The notes: generated from the letters alone by a model not told the origin. Positions 9,996 to 20,554 are shown, counted from the first letter of the stretch. The stretch: 53,399 bases of DNA from Deltaproteobacteria bacterium (GCA_032128375.1 JAQBGU010000078.1:1-53399); one strand, 5' to 3'. Numbers and translations are program-made.

Positions 9996-10706
9996 CTAGT
10001 TGCCGACCAACGTGGGCCACAGCCCGGCGACGGCAATCGCCAAGACGATTGCAGGCAGCCAGCGCAGAAAAACCAGAATCCAACGGATGCGTTTCATCGG
10101 CCCAGCCTCGTTGAGGTGGGGATAGGGCTCATCGGGAATCGGAACCTCCAAGAACTTGCACAGCGGTTCCCATCCGTCCTTCGCCTCGAACACGAGCAGC
10201 CTGTCGGGGTCGGCGGTCCGGCGAACGTACTCGGAGTTCTCCCGGAAGATGCGAATCGCCTCTTCTTTGTTTTCGAAGTTTCCCTTGAACGTTCCCTCCC
10301 AGCCGACGGCCGACACCATTTCGGTGGCCTTGCGAACACGCGAGCTCAACGCGCGAATCCACCAGGGAATGCCAGTCGATATCGGATAGATGGTCTCTTT
10401 GACGCTCTGGTACCAGCGATCTTCATCGCGCACCGTGAGGATCACTTTGGCATCGGGGTAGCGTTCGTAGAGCTCTTCCCAGTAGATGCACGAAGGCCAG
10501 TCACAACTCGAAGCGTAACCATCGAAGATGGCGTCCCAATCGGGCTTCCCGCCGTGGGACAACGCGTGCCACGCCTCGATCTGGGTGCGACTGGCAAAGA
10601 CTTCCTGCATGTGGTGGCACTTCTCGAAGCCGAGGCGTTCGAGTGCCGCTTTGAGGGAAAGCGTTCCGGTTCTGCCGAAACCGGCTCCGATGACCTGCAA
10701 ACTCAT
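9996..10706 (-). CDS. Sulfotransferase-family (P-loop) protein with C-terminal TM helix
   Basis: VIGAGFGRTGTLSLKAALERLG, DWPSC, PDAKVILTVRD, GWEPLCKFL...PYPHLN. Confidence 0.9.
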   Translation of the reverse strand: MSLQVIGAGFGRTGTLSLKAALERLGFEKCHHMQEVFASRTQIEAWHALSHGGKPDWDAIFDGYASSCDWPSCIYWEELYERYPDAKVILTVRDEDRWYQSVKETIYPISTGIPWWIRALSSRVRKATEMVSAVGWEGTFKGNFENKEEAIRIFRENSEYVRRTADPDRLLVFEAKDGWEPLCKFLEVPIPDEPYPHLNEAGPMKRIRWILVFLRWLPAIVLAIAVAGLWPTLVGN

Positions 10707-10734
10707 ATCCGAGACCTTTCTGCGAGACCGGTCA

Positions 10735-10870
10735 GATGACTTCTTTCTCTCTCATTTCGCTGATCAGATCCCAATCCCAGCCGAGCGGCGAGCGAAACCC
10801 GAAGATGACGTGATCTCGGCGCTCGTGCACGGAGACGCCGACGGCGAGTGTCTCACAGCGGCCCTGGCAC
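10735..10870 (+). pseudogene. Cytochrome P450 relic (G/H helix region)
   Basis: AERRAKPEDDVISALVHGDADGECLT matches the P450 'ERR..P.DDLIS.L...DG..LT' segment; compare the intact P450 in this window (EQRRKQPGEDLISLLAQAELDGHRL). Confidence 0.55.
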
Positions 10871-10931
10871 ACAGCGTCCCTGCTGGGCCCCAGAAGCACT
10901 TTCCCTGCTGGAATCACACAGGACCTTGTAA

Positions 10932-11615
10932 TCAGACTTCGTCCGTGGGGAGTCGAGCTGCCAGGCGGAGGCCGAGAATTTTCTCGCGGATGCTTGGGTG
11001 GAGTAGTGGGAGTAGGACTGCAGCGAGCAGCAAGCTCGTCGATAGCAAGAAGTCGCGCGAGCCGATCTCGAGCAGTGTCGAACCGAAGAACGAGCACGCG
11101 CCTGCGCGCGCGAGACCAGCGAGTGCGATCGCCGCTACGAACCGCTCTGCGCGAATCGTTGACAGGCCGGCCGCCCAATGAAAGGGAGACATTGGCCCCA
11201 TCGGGTGCGCGGTGGTCAGGCCGATCAGTAGCGGTCCCGCCGCCTCGATCCTTTGCTCGAGACCTTGGAACCGGTCGCCCAACCTGCGCCGAACCCACCC
11301 CTGACCGATGCCGCGCGCTGTGAAGAACATCAGGGAACCCGAGAGCGTAATGCCCAGCGCGCCCAGCACTGCCCCGAACGGCGCCCCGAACACCAACCCA
11401 CCGACAGTCAACACCAGGATCGAGGGCAACAACAGAAGCGAACGAAACGCCATGATCAGAACGAAAATCACCGGCGCCAGCGGACCCAGCCCCAGGAAAT
11501 AGGCTTTCAGAGATTCAGGTGCGTATTCGAGGCCGAGTTCGTCGCGAACAGCGCCACTTCCAACGATCGCCACAGCGACCAGCGCAGCCAGGACGAGGGG
11601 GAGATAGCGCTTCAT
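10932..11615 (-). CDS. TVP38/TMEM64 (VTT/DedA-like) membrane protein
   Basis: LGPLAPVIFVLI...LPS...GGLVFGAPFGA...F..ARGIG...P...WAAGLS. Confidence 0.85.
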   Translation of the reverse strand: MKRYLPLVLAALVAVAIVGSGAVRDELGLEYAPESLKAYFLGLGPLAPVIFVLIMAFRSLLLLPSILVLTVGGLVFGAPFGAVLGALGITLSGSLMFFTARGIGQGWVRRRLGDRFQGLEQRIEAAGPLLIGLTTAHPMGPMSPFHWAAGLSTIRAERFVAAIALAGLARAGACSFFGSTLLEIGSRDFLLSTSLLLAAVLLPLLHPSIREKILGLRLAARLPTDEV

Positions 11616-11867
11616 GAGTCGCCCAGCCTAGCGGCTGACCCACACCGCGCTACTTCGAAGCGCGCGTCATTCGCTCTCGAATCAGGGCTCATATCGAGGC
11701 TCATTCCAGGCCTGGCACAGATATTCACCTGGTTGATCCACTGGGTGGCCCCCTGGGGAGAAGCGCGAACTTTCTGGAGGCATTCTGCGTCTATCGATAG
11801 GCTCCGAGCGCGCAGGTTTTGTCTAGCTGGGGTAAAGGTATGGGATCCCCCACCCGAACCTTGGGAA

Positions 11868-13922
11868 ATGAATATGCGAAAGATTCGCCAACTCCTGATC
11901 CCCATCTTGGTCCCTATCACCCTCGCTTTGTGGGTTGTCCCGGACGCCAGCGCCGCTCCGCTGGCTTGCGGGACGATTGCGAAGTTCGTCGAACAGTTTC
12001 TGGAGAACCACATCCGAAGCCGTGTGCTCACGCCCGAGCTGGAACGCCGCACGGCCGATGTCTTCATTCGCAGTTTCGACCCCTCGCAGTCTGCTCTGAT
12101 GGAGAGCGAAGTCGATGCGCTGCATAACCAGATGGTTGGATCGTTTGCGAAAATCGAAGCGGGGGACTGTTCTGCTCTCTGGGAGGTCCACAGGGAGTTC
12201 GTCGAGCGCCACAACGAGATTTCTCTCCGGGTAGCGGAGCTCGTCCGCGCCAACGATTACGCGATCAACCCAGAAGTCGAGTTGGTGCTCGATGCCAAAA
12301 AGCGCGGATATCCGAAGACGGCCCCAGAGCGAGACCAGCTGCTCCGGAAACTCGTTCAATTCCAGATGTCAAATTACATCAGCAGTGCAACCGACTTGGA
12401 CGAAGCAAAGGAACTGCTTTCGCACCGGTATGATCGGGTGGCAAGGCGACTCAAGGAACTCGATGCAGTCGATCTCTTCTCGAGCTTCCTGGATGCGTTC
12501 GCGAGTTCCCTCGACCCGCACTCGAACTATTTCTCGGCTGATGTGTACGAAGACTTCCGAATCCAGATGTCGTTGTCTCTTACCGGAATCGGTGTGGCCC
12601 TTTCAGAACAGGATGGGTTTGCCGTCGTCGAGCGCATCATCGAGGGGGGTGCTGCCGCACAGCTCGACACGCTCAAGCCCAAGGACAAGATCATCGAAGT
12701 CAGCCAGGGCGACGACAAGGCGGTCAACATCATCGACATGCCGCTGCGCGACGCTGTGAGCCTGATTCGCGGCAAGGAGGGCACCACCGTCCGGCTGACG
12801 GTCCTACGCCAGGCGGACACGACCGATCGATTCGAAGTCGCGATCGTCCGCCAGGAAATCAACCTCGAAGACCAGGCCGCAAGTCTGCGGGTGGAAGAGC
12901 GCGAAATCGACGGTAGGACCCTGAAGCTCGCGATCCTTGAATTGCCGAGCTTCTACGGCGACAGCGATCCCAGCAAGCGGCAATGCACCGACGATGTCGC
13001 GCGACTACTACGCGAGGTCAACGAGATGAAGGCCGACGGCCTGGTGCTCGATCTGTCCCACAACGGCGGCGGTCTGCTGACCCACGCAGTGACGGTATCC
13101 GGCTTCTTCCTGCGCAAAGGAGAGATCGTCAAAGTCAAGACCTCTAGCGGACACCAGGAAGTCCTGTCAGATCGCGATGAGGCGATCCTCTATTCGGGAC
13201 CGCTGGTGGTCCACACGTCGCGCGTCAGCGCCTCCGCTGCCGAGATCCTGGCCGGCGCGCTGAAGGATTACAAGCGTGCCATCATCGCCGGAGACGACCA
13301 CACATTCGGAAAGGGCACCGTTCAGACCGTTTCCAGTCTCGCTCCGGGCCAAGGTGCGCTGAAGATCACGACGGCGATGTTCTATCGACCCGGTGGAAAG
13401 TCGACACAGCACGCAGGCGTCGAAGCCGACGTCGTGATCCCTTCACTCCTGTCCGGCGACGACTTCGGCGAGAAATTCCAGCCATTTTCGATCGAAGGCA
13501 GCGTGATCGAACCCTTCCAAGGCAGCTATGCAAATGCCAACCCCGAGTCGTCGCGTTGGAAGGTCGTAAGTGACGAGATCGTGACGAAACTCGCAGAAGC
13601 GTCGCGGCTGCGCATATCCACCAGCTCTGACTTCGACGAGGTTGCGCGAGAGCTGCAGGAAGCGCGCGACAACGACGGGATCATCAAACTCGCCGATCTG
13701 ATGAAGAAGCGCGACGAAAGAAAAGCGAAGGAAGACGAGGACGAAAGCCAGGGCAAAGATGACGAGACCGACGCCTCACAAGACGCCGTGGCCAAAGACA
13801 AGGGCAAGGACGAGGACAAAGTGTCGCCTCAGTTGGCCGAAGCCACGAATGTGTTGGTCGATCTGGTCTCATTGAATCCGCCGAAACCGATGCAAACCAC
13901 CATCACTGGAGTCTCCCCGTGA
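11868..13922 (+). CDS. prc: Carboxy-terminal processing (tail-specific) protease, S41A
   Basis: Signal peptide from ATG 11868/11874 (the ORF-track start at 11253 is over-extended). LDPHSNYF, GIGV (PDZ), LDLSHNGGG, SASAAEILAGAL, TFGKGTVQ. Confidence 0.9.
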   Translation: MNMRKIRQLLIPILVPITLALWVVPDASAAPLACGTIAKFVEQFLENHIRSRVLTPELERRTADVFIRSFDPSQSALMESEVDALHNQMVGSFAKIEAGDCSALWEVHREFVERHNEISLRVAELVRANDYAINPEVELVLDAKKRGYPKTAPERDQLLRKLVQFQMSNYISSATDLDEAKELLSHRYDRVARRLKELDAVDLFSSFLDAFASSLDPHSNYFSADVYEDFRIQMSLSLTGIGVALSEQDGFAVVERIIEGGAAAQLDTLKPKDKIIEVSQGDDKAVNIIDMPLRDAVSLIRGKEGTTVRLTVLRQADTTDRFEVAIVRQEINLEDQAASLRVEEREIDGRTLKLAILELPSFYGDSDPSKRQCTDDVARLLREVNEMKADGLVLDLSHNGGGLLTHAVTVSGFFLRKGEIVKVKTSSGHQEVLSDRDEAILYSGPLVVHTSRVSASAAEILAGALKDYKRAIIAGDDHTFGKGTVQTVSSLAPGQGALKITTAMFYRPGGKSTQHAGVEADVVIPSLLSGDDFGEKFQPFSIEGSVIEPFQGSYANANPESSRWKVVSDEIVTKLAEASRLRISTSSDFDEVARELQEARDNDGIIKLADLMKKRDERKAKEDEDESQGKDDETDASQDAVAKDKGKDEDKVSPQLAEATNVLVDLVSLNPPKPMQTTITGVSP

Positions 13923-14194
13923 CCCTACAGATCTTGAGTTCCCCGAGCGAGCAGACCGAGAAGGTCCTGCGAGAAGCGATCGAGGCAGCGATCCCGGGTT
14001 CGGAAGTCATCGTCAACACCGGGGGCGCCGGACATTTCCAAGTCCAGGTAACCGCGGCCGCCTTCGGCGGGAAAAATCGCGTCGCTCAACAGCGGATGGT
14101 GTATTCCGCGATTTCGCACCTGATGTCCGGAGACACTGCACCAGTTCACGCTATCGACAAGATGGATATCCGCGTGCCAAAGGCGGACAGCTGA
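13919..14194 (+). CDS. bolA: BolA/IbaG family protein
   Basis: GHFQVQVTAAAFGGKNRVAQQRMVYSAI...VHAI. Confidence 0.9.
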   Translation: MTLQILSSPSEQTEKVLREAIEAAIPGSEVIVNTGGAGHFQVQVTAAAFGGKNRVAQQRMVYSAISHLMSGDTAPVHAIDKMDIRVPKADS

Positions 14195-14195
14195 A

Positions 14196-16265
14196 CTGTT
14201 CGCACGCATCGCCAGCTCGCCAGGCGCGATTTGCTGTATCGGATTTGCGCTGGCCGCTTGTGCCGCCGAAGAACCGCCGAAGGATTTTCTCAGAATTCTC
14301 GAAACAGGAACCGCTGCGACACTGGGCCGGCAGACCCGCCTTGCAACCGGGCCGACCGGAACCGTGCTGTTCACGGAGTCGTTCGCCCCAGGCGCGCGCA
14401 TCCCATCGTTCGTCGGCCTGCCAAACGTCGAAAAGCCACTCATGGATGGGCGACGCCTACTGTTGAACATCCGCGTCTGGAACCACCCCGACCATGTAGC
14501 GCTGGCGGGCGTCCGTGTGGCACAACACAGTGGGGCCGCGGCCATCGACACGAGCGAGAAAACGCCACGCGTGCAATTGGACTTCGATCTGGGTGCCTTC
14601 GAGCGCAAGATCCAGGTTCAAGCCATCGGATTCCCGCTGGCCGATGACCCCACGACTGTACACCGATTCCGGTTGACCTTACCCGCCACACCGGTCGTCG
14701 AGTTCGGTTATGGCATTCGCGAGGAGAGCTGGCAGAGTGACGCGGAGCGTACGCGTTTTCGCGTGGAACTCGAAAACGGATCGAGTTCCACGCTGCTGTT
14801 CGATCGAAGCGTCGACCCGACACGCCCCGAAGATCGGCGCTGGTTCGATGAACGCATCGATCTGCTTCGCTGGGCCGGAGAGTCGGTGACACTGATCTTC
14901 ACGACGACTCGTGAACAAGAGGCCGGTCGGCATTCGCTTCCCGCCTGGAGTGATCCCATCGTCTACGACGCGGAAATCGTCGACCCGCGGCCCAATGTGA
15001 TTGTCGTGTCGATCGACACGCTGCGGGCGCGCAACCTTCGCGCCTATGGATACGAGCGAGATACCGCTCCGTTCGTCGATTTCCTCGCCGAAACCGGCAC
15101 GCTCTTCGAGGATGCAATCACTACGTCGGTGACAACAGCGCCATCCCACATGAGCCTGTTCACAGGTCTCTACCCGGTCCGGCACGGTATTCGACGCGGA
15201 AGCGAGGCCAAGCACGCGAGCACACGAACACTCGCTGAGGCGTTTCGCGCAGCCGATTACCAGACCGTTGCCTTCACCGAGAACGGCTATCTGGTGCGAT
15301 CCAGGGGATTTGGTGACGGGTTCAGCGAGTACACCGAAAACCGCGCAGCGCCAATCGAGCCGCAAGGGCGCTCGGCTGCTTACCCGGCCGCGCCGACCGA
15401 TGCACGCGTAACATTCTCGCAGGCTCGAGATTGGATCGCAGCAAACCGGCGCCGCCCTTTCTTCGCGTTCATCCACACCTACGAGGTGCACACACCGTAT
15501 CGCGCGCGCGCTCCGTACGCATCGATGTTCGCAGGCGATGCTTATCCAGGTCCCGAGGATCCAGACATCCGGGTCGAACGCGACAATTACGACCGCGAGA
15601 TTCGCGTGGTCGACGACGAGCTGCGCGCGCTGTTCGCAACTCTCGAGGCACGCGGATTGGATCAGAACACGATCGTCGTAGTGCTGGCCGACCACGGAGA
15701 AGAGTTTCAAGAACACGGACTGCTCCAGCATGGCGGCAACGTCTACGACGAGACGCTGCGAATTCCGCTGATCTTCTGGAGCCCTGGGCGCATACCGGCC
15801 GGTCTTCGAATCAGCACCCCCGTCTCGCTGATCGACGTGGCGCCCACGCTGCTCGACCTGATCGGATTGCCGCCGCTCACAGCGCTCGATGGCGAAAGCC
15901 TACGCGACACGTTTTCCAGCGGCGGAAGCGTCGAACACCGACAACTGTTCGCGGAGGCCGTTTCACCGCGACGCTGGGTAGACATCTGGCGATTCGAAGA
16001 CTGGAACCCGCCACTGATCGCCCTGCGCTCTTCCGGTTCGAAGTTTATCGTGCACCGGCCCTCCCACGGTGAGCGCCAGCCGACGCGCCGCTTCGATCTG
16101 GTTCGCGATCCGCTGGAACAGCAACCGATCCCCGTCGTCGGCGCACAGCTGGCACGAGTCGAGGCGCTCGTCGACGGCTACCTCGCCCAGGCAGTTTCGA
16201 CCACGGCGCCACCCGTCAGCCCCGACGTGAAGGACCGGCTGCGGGCACTGGGGTACGCTGAATAA
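14196..16265 (+). CDS. Sulfatase-like lipoprotein (alkaline phosphatase superfamily, Thr-type motif)
   Basis: PNVIVVSIDTLRA, TTAPSHMSLFTGLYP, ADHGEEF, RLRALGY. The frame upstream of 14364 is open and contains a signal/lipobox (GFALAAC), implying a non-canonical start near CTG 14196. Confidence 0.85.
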   Translation: MFARIASSPGAICCIGFALAACAAEEPPKDFLRILETGTAATLGRQTRLATGPTGTVLFTESFAPGARIPSFVGLPNVEKPLMDGRRLLLNIRVWNHPDHVALAGVRVAQHSGAAAIDTSEKTPRVQLDFDLGAFERKIQVQAIGFPLADDPTTVHRFRLTLPATPVVEFGYGIREESWQSDAERTRFRVELENGSSSTLLFDRSVDPTRPEDRRWFDERIDLLRWAGESVTLIFTTTREQEAGRHSLPAWSDPIVYDAEIVDPRPNVIVVSIDTLRARNLRAYGYERDTAPFVDFLAETGTLFEDAITTSVTTAPSHMSLFTGLYPVRHGIRRGSEAKHASTRTLAEAFRAADYQTVAFTENGYLVRSRGFGDGFSEYTENRAAPIEPQGRSAAYPAAPTDARVTFSQARDWIAANRRRPFFAFIHTYEVHTPYRARAPYASMFAGDAYPGPEDPDIRVERDNYDREIRVVDDELRALFATLEARGLDQNTIVVVLADHGEEFQEHGLLQHGGNVYDETLRIPLIFWSPGRIPAGLRISTPVSLIDVAPTLLDLIGLPPLTALDGESLRDTFSSGGSVEHRQLFAEAVSPRRWVDIWRFEDWNPPLIALRSSGSKFIVHRPSHGERQPTRRFDLVRDPLEQQPIPVVGAQLARVEALVDGYLAQAVSTTAPPVSPDVKDRLRALGYAE

Positions 16266-17139
16266 AGTGCAGTGACTCGGCGCGCGACATCAGTCGTCCG
16301 GTTCCGCCGAGCGCGGTACAGCATAGCGATGCTGCACGCACGCCAAGTGCGATCGCATCGCGAACCGTCGCGTCACGCGTCAGCGCCGCTGCAAACGCTC
16401 CGTGGAACACATCTCCCGCACCGGTCGTGTCCACCACCTTCACGCGCTCGGAACGGAAGCGACGAGCCGTTCCGGCTTCCCAGTGAATTCCACCTTTGGC
16501 GCCGAGTGTGATGATCGGATTTCCCCCGTACCGTTCAGCGAGTTCGCGGATCGCGCGACGCGGGTCGCCGTCTGCGAAATGATCGACGAATTCCTGCGAC
16601 ACGATTGGAAAATCAACAAAAGGAAGCAACCTGCGAACCGCAGGGCTCGGCCGATGGAAGTCTCCGATCACCGTAGCCCCCAGTTCCCGCGCGCGACGCA
16701 CGGCGCGAAGCGCCTGCTGGGGGAAATGTCCATCGACCATCAGCACACTGTCGGATCGGATCGGTCGCAGGTCGAAATCCGGCACTCCGCGTTCGAGTGC
16801 GCGGCGGTCGGGGACGATAAAGCGCCTATCGCCACCGCGTTTGGCAACCAGCACGACCGCGACCGTGGTCTCCGATTCCGGCGATAGAATCAGGCGTCGG
16901 GTCTTCACGCCAAACGCCCTCAGTGTCTTTCGGATCATACGCCCGTCCGGGTCGTCGCCGACCACAGAAAGAACGTGTGCTTCGCAGCCGAGATGCGCGG
17001 CTTGCGAAATCGCCGTACCAACCATCCCGCCGGCAGTGACCAGCCTCTCGCTGAAGCGAGTCCGAACTCCCAATGGATCGGGCTCGCCCACCAGGTAAAG
17101 GTGATCTACGACACACAATCCGAGTCCGACTACGCGCAT
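16216..17139 (-). CDS. PfkB-family carbohydrate kinase
   Basis: GG...AAHLG, VGDDPDG, ITLGAKG, VVDTTGAGDVFHGA. Confidence 0.92.
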   Translation of the reverse strand: MRVVGLGLCVVDHLYLVGEPDPLGVRTRFSERLVTAGGMVGTAISQAAHLGCEAHVLSVVGDDPDGRMIRKTLRAFGVKTRRLILSPESETTVAVVLVAKRGGDRRFIVPDRRALERGVPDFDLRPIRSDSVLMVDGHFPQQALRAVRRARELGATVIGDFHRPSPAVRRLLPFVDFPIVSQEFVDHFADGDPRRAIRELAERYGGNPIITLGAKGGIHWEAGTARRFRSERVKVVDTTGAGDVFHGAFAAALTRDATVRDAIALGVRAASLCCTALGGTGRLMSRAESLHFIQRTPVPAAGPSRRG

Positions 17140-17310
17140 CCGCCTTCGTTACCGGAACGTGATGGATTCCGCTACGATCCCGCCGTCCTTCCCTCTCAGG
17201 AGAATGCCGCTTCAAGATTCGAATTCCGTCCGGTACCAGAGATGTCAAGGGTCGAATTTGAATAACGTGCGACTGTTGCGACAAGCCGTGCCTGGAGCCG
17301 GAGGATCCCG

Positions 17311-18789
17311 ATGAGTCCGCTGTTGCTGTTCTCGATCGCTCTGGTGATCGGCTCGCTGATCGGGTCCATCGTGCTCTGGGTTCGAAGTGCCGAGACCCGC
17401 GTCGGCCTGTTTGGCGGCTTGTTCCTGGTGTTCGCAGCTCACCAAGGAATCGAGCTCTGGTCCCATTGGGGAGCCCCATTCACGATCGACGCTTCCGCCG
17501 CAACCGCGGTCGCTGTCGCGGGAGTGATCGAGGGCGTACTCAGTGTTTGCATCGTGATTGCGTTGTCCCGGACGCTAGGCGAACGAGACAATGTCGAGGC
17601 CATTCATTGGGACAGCATGGAAGCCGTTCGTGTGATGAATGAACTGGCGACAGATGACCATATGACTTTCGACGCGAAGATCGCAAAGCTGCTCGAAGCC
17701 GGTAAGCAGCGCTACGGGATGGAAGTGGGAATGTTCTCGCGGGTGAGCGAGCAGCACTACGAAGTGCTCGCAGTCGACTCACCGAAAGATTTTCCGGTCT
17801 CACGCGGTGCCGTATTCTCGCTCGGCGATACGTTCTGCCAAGGCACCATCGAATCCCACCGACCGATTGGCGTCGAACGGATCACCGAGTCGGGCTGGAG
17901 CAGTCGATTGGATCGCGCCGCCTTCGCATATGACGCGTACCTCGGTGCGGCCGTCCGAGTGGGTGGCCTTCCCTATGGAACACTGAGTTTCGCCAGCAGC
18001 AAGCGCCGCAACGACCGATTCACCGCCACCGACAAGGACCTGGTCCGGCTGATGGCGCTATGGCTGGGAACTGAAATCGAAAGGCGCGACGGCATTCACA
18101 CCTACACCGAACAGCCGCAAGCCGACCGCCGACCTGCCGAATCCCTGGCGGCAGAGTCCATCGCGCATCGCATCAGCCAGCTCCCGCGCAGTTCTACTCG
18201 TCAGCCACCCCCAGCCCCGAAAAATCCCATCGAGCTCGACGCCAACAAGATATTGGAACGACTGCAAGGGCAGCTTCGCACCATTTTGGGTGATGAGATG
18301 ACGCTGGACCTGAAGCTCGACCCCAGCTTGGGGCTTGCCGTCGTTTCGCGCACATCCGTCGAGGCAATCGTGCGGACTTTGGTAATGAACGCGAAAGACG
18401 CCATGGCGGACGGAGGGCAGCTCGTGATCGAGACCGCGAACCTCGAACTGACGGCCAGCGAGCCAGGTGTGATTCCCGCAGTCGCCCCCGATCAGTACGT
18501 GACAATCGCCGTGAGAGACACAGGTGCCGAGCCGAACGCGCACACACTCTCACGCCTATACGATCCGACACTGAACTCCGACGAGTCCGGCGAAATACAC
18601 GACCCCCAGGCCCGGCTGTCGATTTCGAGCATATACCGGATTCTGCAAAATTGCGGAGGCGACCTTTCCGTTGATGTCGAACGGGGACTCGGCTCGACGT
18701 TCACGGTCTACCTGCCGCGCGCCAGAAGCATTCGGATGGCAGACACACCGCCACCCACGCACACTGAATCCACTTCGATCGCCCACTAG
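17311..18789 (+). CDS. Membrane sensor: TM helices + GAF + degenerate HATPase_c domain (pseudo-histidine kinase)
   Basis: GAF (TFCQ...YLGAAVRVGG.PYGTLSF); N box VMNAKDAM and GLGSTFTVYLP retained; no H box; F and G2 boxes degenerate. Confidence 0.8.
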   Translation: MSPLLLFSIALVIGSLIGSIVLWVRSAETRVGLFGGLFLVFAAHQGIELWSHWGAPFTIDASAATAVAVAGVIEGVLSVCIVIALSRTLGERDNVEAIHWDSMEAVRVMNELATDDHMTFDAKIAKLLEAGKQRYGMEVGMFSRVSEQHYEVLAVDSPKDFPVSRGAVFSLGDTFCQGTIESHRPIGVERITESGWSSRLDRAAFAYDAYLGAAVRVGGLPYGTLSFASSKRRNDRFTATDKDLVRLMALWLGTEIERRDGIHTYTEQPQADRRPAESLAAESIAHRISQLPRSSTRQPPPAPKNPIELDANKILERLQGQLRTILGDEMTLDLKLDPSLGLAVVSRTSVEAIVRTLVMNAKDAMADGGQLVIETANLELTASEPGVIPAVAPDQYVTIAVRDTGAEPNAHTLSRLYDPTLNSDESGEIHDPQARLSISSIYRILQNCGGDLSVDVERGLGSTFTVYLPRARSIRMADTPPPTHTESTSIAH

Positions 18790-18798
18790 GAAAGGCGG

Positions 18799-20403
18799 TT
18801 GCGAGCGACGCTGCTGGTGAGCGCAATGGCCCTGATCGGTGCGCTCCCCTGCACCGCCGCGGCAGAGCAGGTCGCAAGCGGTGTCGTATATCACGACCGC
18901 AACCGAAACGGGAGCCAAGATCAGTTCGAGTTCGGTGTTCGAGGGGTCGCTGTCTCGAACGGACGTGAAGTGGTCACCACGGACTGGCGCGGGCGCTATC
19001 GCATCCCCGTCGAAGTGGACTCGTTCGTTTTCGTCGCGAAGCCGGGCGGGTGGCAGACACCACTCGACGCCAATCGACTTCCCCGGTTCTACTATCACTA
19101 CAAACCCGCTGGATCCCCCGCACGGCTGGCGTTCCCAGGAGTCGAGCCGACGGGACCGCTGCCTGAACGGATCGATTTCCCGCTGTACAAGGTCAGGGAA
19201 CCTGGCCGGTTCAGCGCGATCGTTTTCGGAGACCCGCAACCCTATACACTCGAACAACTCGACTGGCTCAGCCGCGATGTCATCGAGGAACTGATCGGAA
19301 CCGATGCGCTATTCGGAATCTCGCTCGGCGACCTCGTGGGCGACGATCTCACGCTGTTCGAGCCGCTGAACCGCGCGATCGCGCAGCTCGGCATCCCGTG
19401 GCACAACGTGTTGGGCAACCACGACATCAACTACCAGGCCAGTGGCGACGACGATTCGGATGACTCGTTCGAGCGCGTCTACGGCCCGGCCAACTATGCA
19501 TTCGCATACGGACGCGTGCACTTCATCATTCTGGACGATGTGGTCTACGAAGGAATCAACACCGAAACAGCGCAGGCGGGCGGATATGCGGGCGGAATTG
19601 GCCCGCGACAACTGGCGTTCGTCGCGAACTACCTCGAGACTGTTCCAACCAATCGGCTGGTCGTTTTGGCGATGCACATCCCGTTCGACAGCCCACCGTT
19701 CCAGGTCGAACGCAGAGATCGATTGTTTGAGATCCTACAAGACCGACCTCACACGCTGTCACTCGCCGCCCACACCCATTTCCAAGAAAACCAGTTCTTC
19801 GGGCCCGCTAGGGGCTTCCACTCAGAGAACCCCCACCATCAATTGATCGTCGCGACGACCTCGGGTTCGTGGTGGTTGGGGGCTGCAGACGAAATCGGGA
19901 TTCCCCACGCAACCATGCGCTGCGGTGCTCCCAACGGATATTCGATCGTTCAATTCGACAAGAACCGATACACGGTCAGATTCAAGGCGGCGCGACGCCC
20001 CCCCGACTACCAGATGAACATCTTCGCACCCGATTCGGTGAGTGCCGCCGAAGCCGGAGACACGAAAGTCATTGCCAACGTCTTCGCCGGTTCCGAGCGA
20101 AGCCGGGTGGAGCTGCGTCTGGGAGGCCCGCTGCTGGAAGGAAAAGATGCGGGAGATGGGGGGCCTTGGTTTCCGATGAGCCGAGAGCCGCACCCCGATC
20201 CGGCGTACGTCGAAGCTGTCGAACGCGATCAGTTACGCAACCCGCGCCCGCGCTTCTTCCTGCCACCGCCAATGCCGTCACCACATCTATGGGTTGGGAC
20301 ACTGCCCGCTCACCCCAGCCCGGGGACGCATGCGATCGTCGTGCGCAGCGAGGACATGTACGGCCAGATTTTCGTTGCACGTCGGTTGATCCGGATAGAC
20401 TGA
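18799..20403 (+). CDS. Secreted calcineurin-like metallophosphoesterase with N- and C-terminal accessory domains
   Basis: GVAVSNGREVVTTD, GDPQ, LGDLVGD, GNHD, MHIP, AHTH, SGSWW. Confidence 0.9.
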   Translation: MRATLLVSAMALIGALPCTAAAEQVASGVVYHDRNRNGSQDQFEFGVRGVAVSNGREVVTTDWRGRYRIPVEVDSFVFVAKPGGWQTPLDANRLPRFYYHYKPAGSPARLAFPGVEPTGPLPERIDFPLYKVREPGRFSAIVFGDPQPYTLEQLDWLSRDVIEELIGTDALFGISLGDLVGDDLTLFEPLNRAIAQLGIPWHNVLGNHDINYQASGDDDSDDSFERVYGPANYAFAYGRVHFIILDDVVYEGINTETAQAGGYAGGIGPRQLAFVANYLETVPTNRLVVLAMHIPFDSPPFQVERRDRLFEILQDRPHTLSLAAHTHFQENQFFGPARGFHSENPHHQLIVATTSGSWWLGAADEIGIPHATMRCGAPNGYSIVQFDKNRYTVRFKAARRPPDYQMNIFAPDSVSAAEAGDTKVIANVFAGSERSRVELRLGGPLLEGKDAGDGGPWFPMSREPHPDPAYVEAVERDQLRNPRPRFFLPPPMPSPHLWVGTLPAHPSPGTHAIVVRSEDMYGQIFVARRLIRID

Positions 20404-20554
20404 GGAGTTTTCTGTGGAATCTGAGCCGGCACGCTCGGCGAACACAGAAGGACCGAGGTCCGGGATGGATCCAACTGACTCGTTGGGCCGAAATCCGGCG
20501 TGCCGCCGTCGACGATTCCAAACAACCCGCTCGGGGTTCCCGCGGTAGCCAGCT

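Noticed and set aside
11253..11867. N-terminal 205 aa of the 889-aa ORF
   Set aside because: Overlaps the TVP38 gene on the opposite strand; the Prc signal peptide starts at 11868/11874
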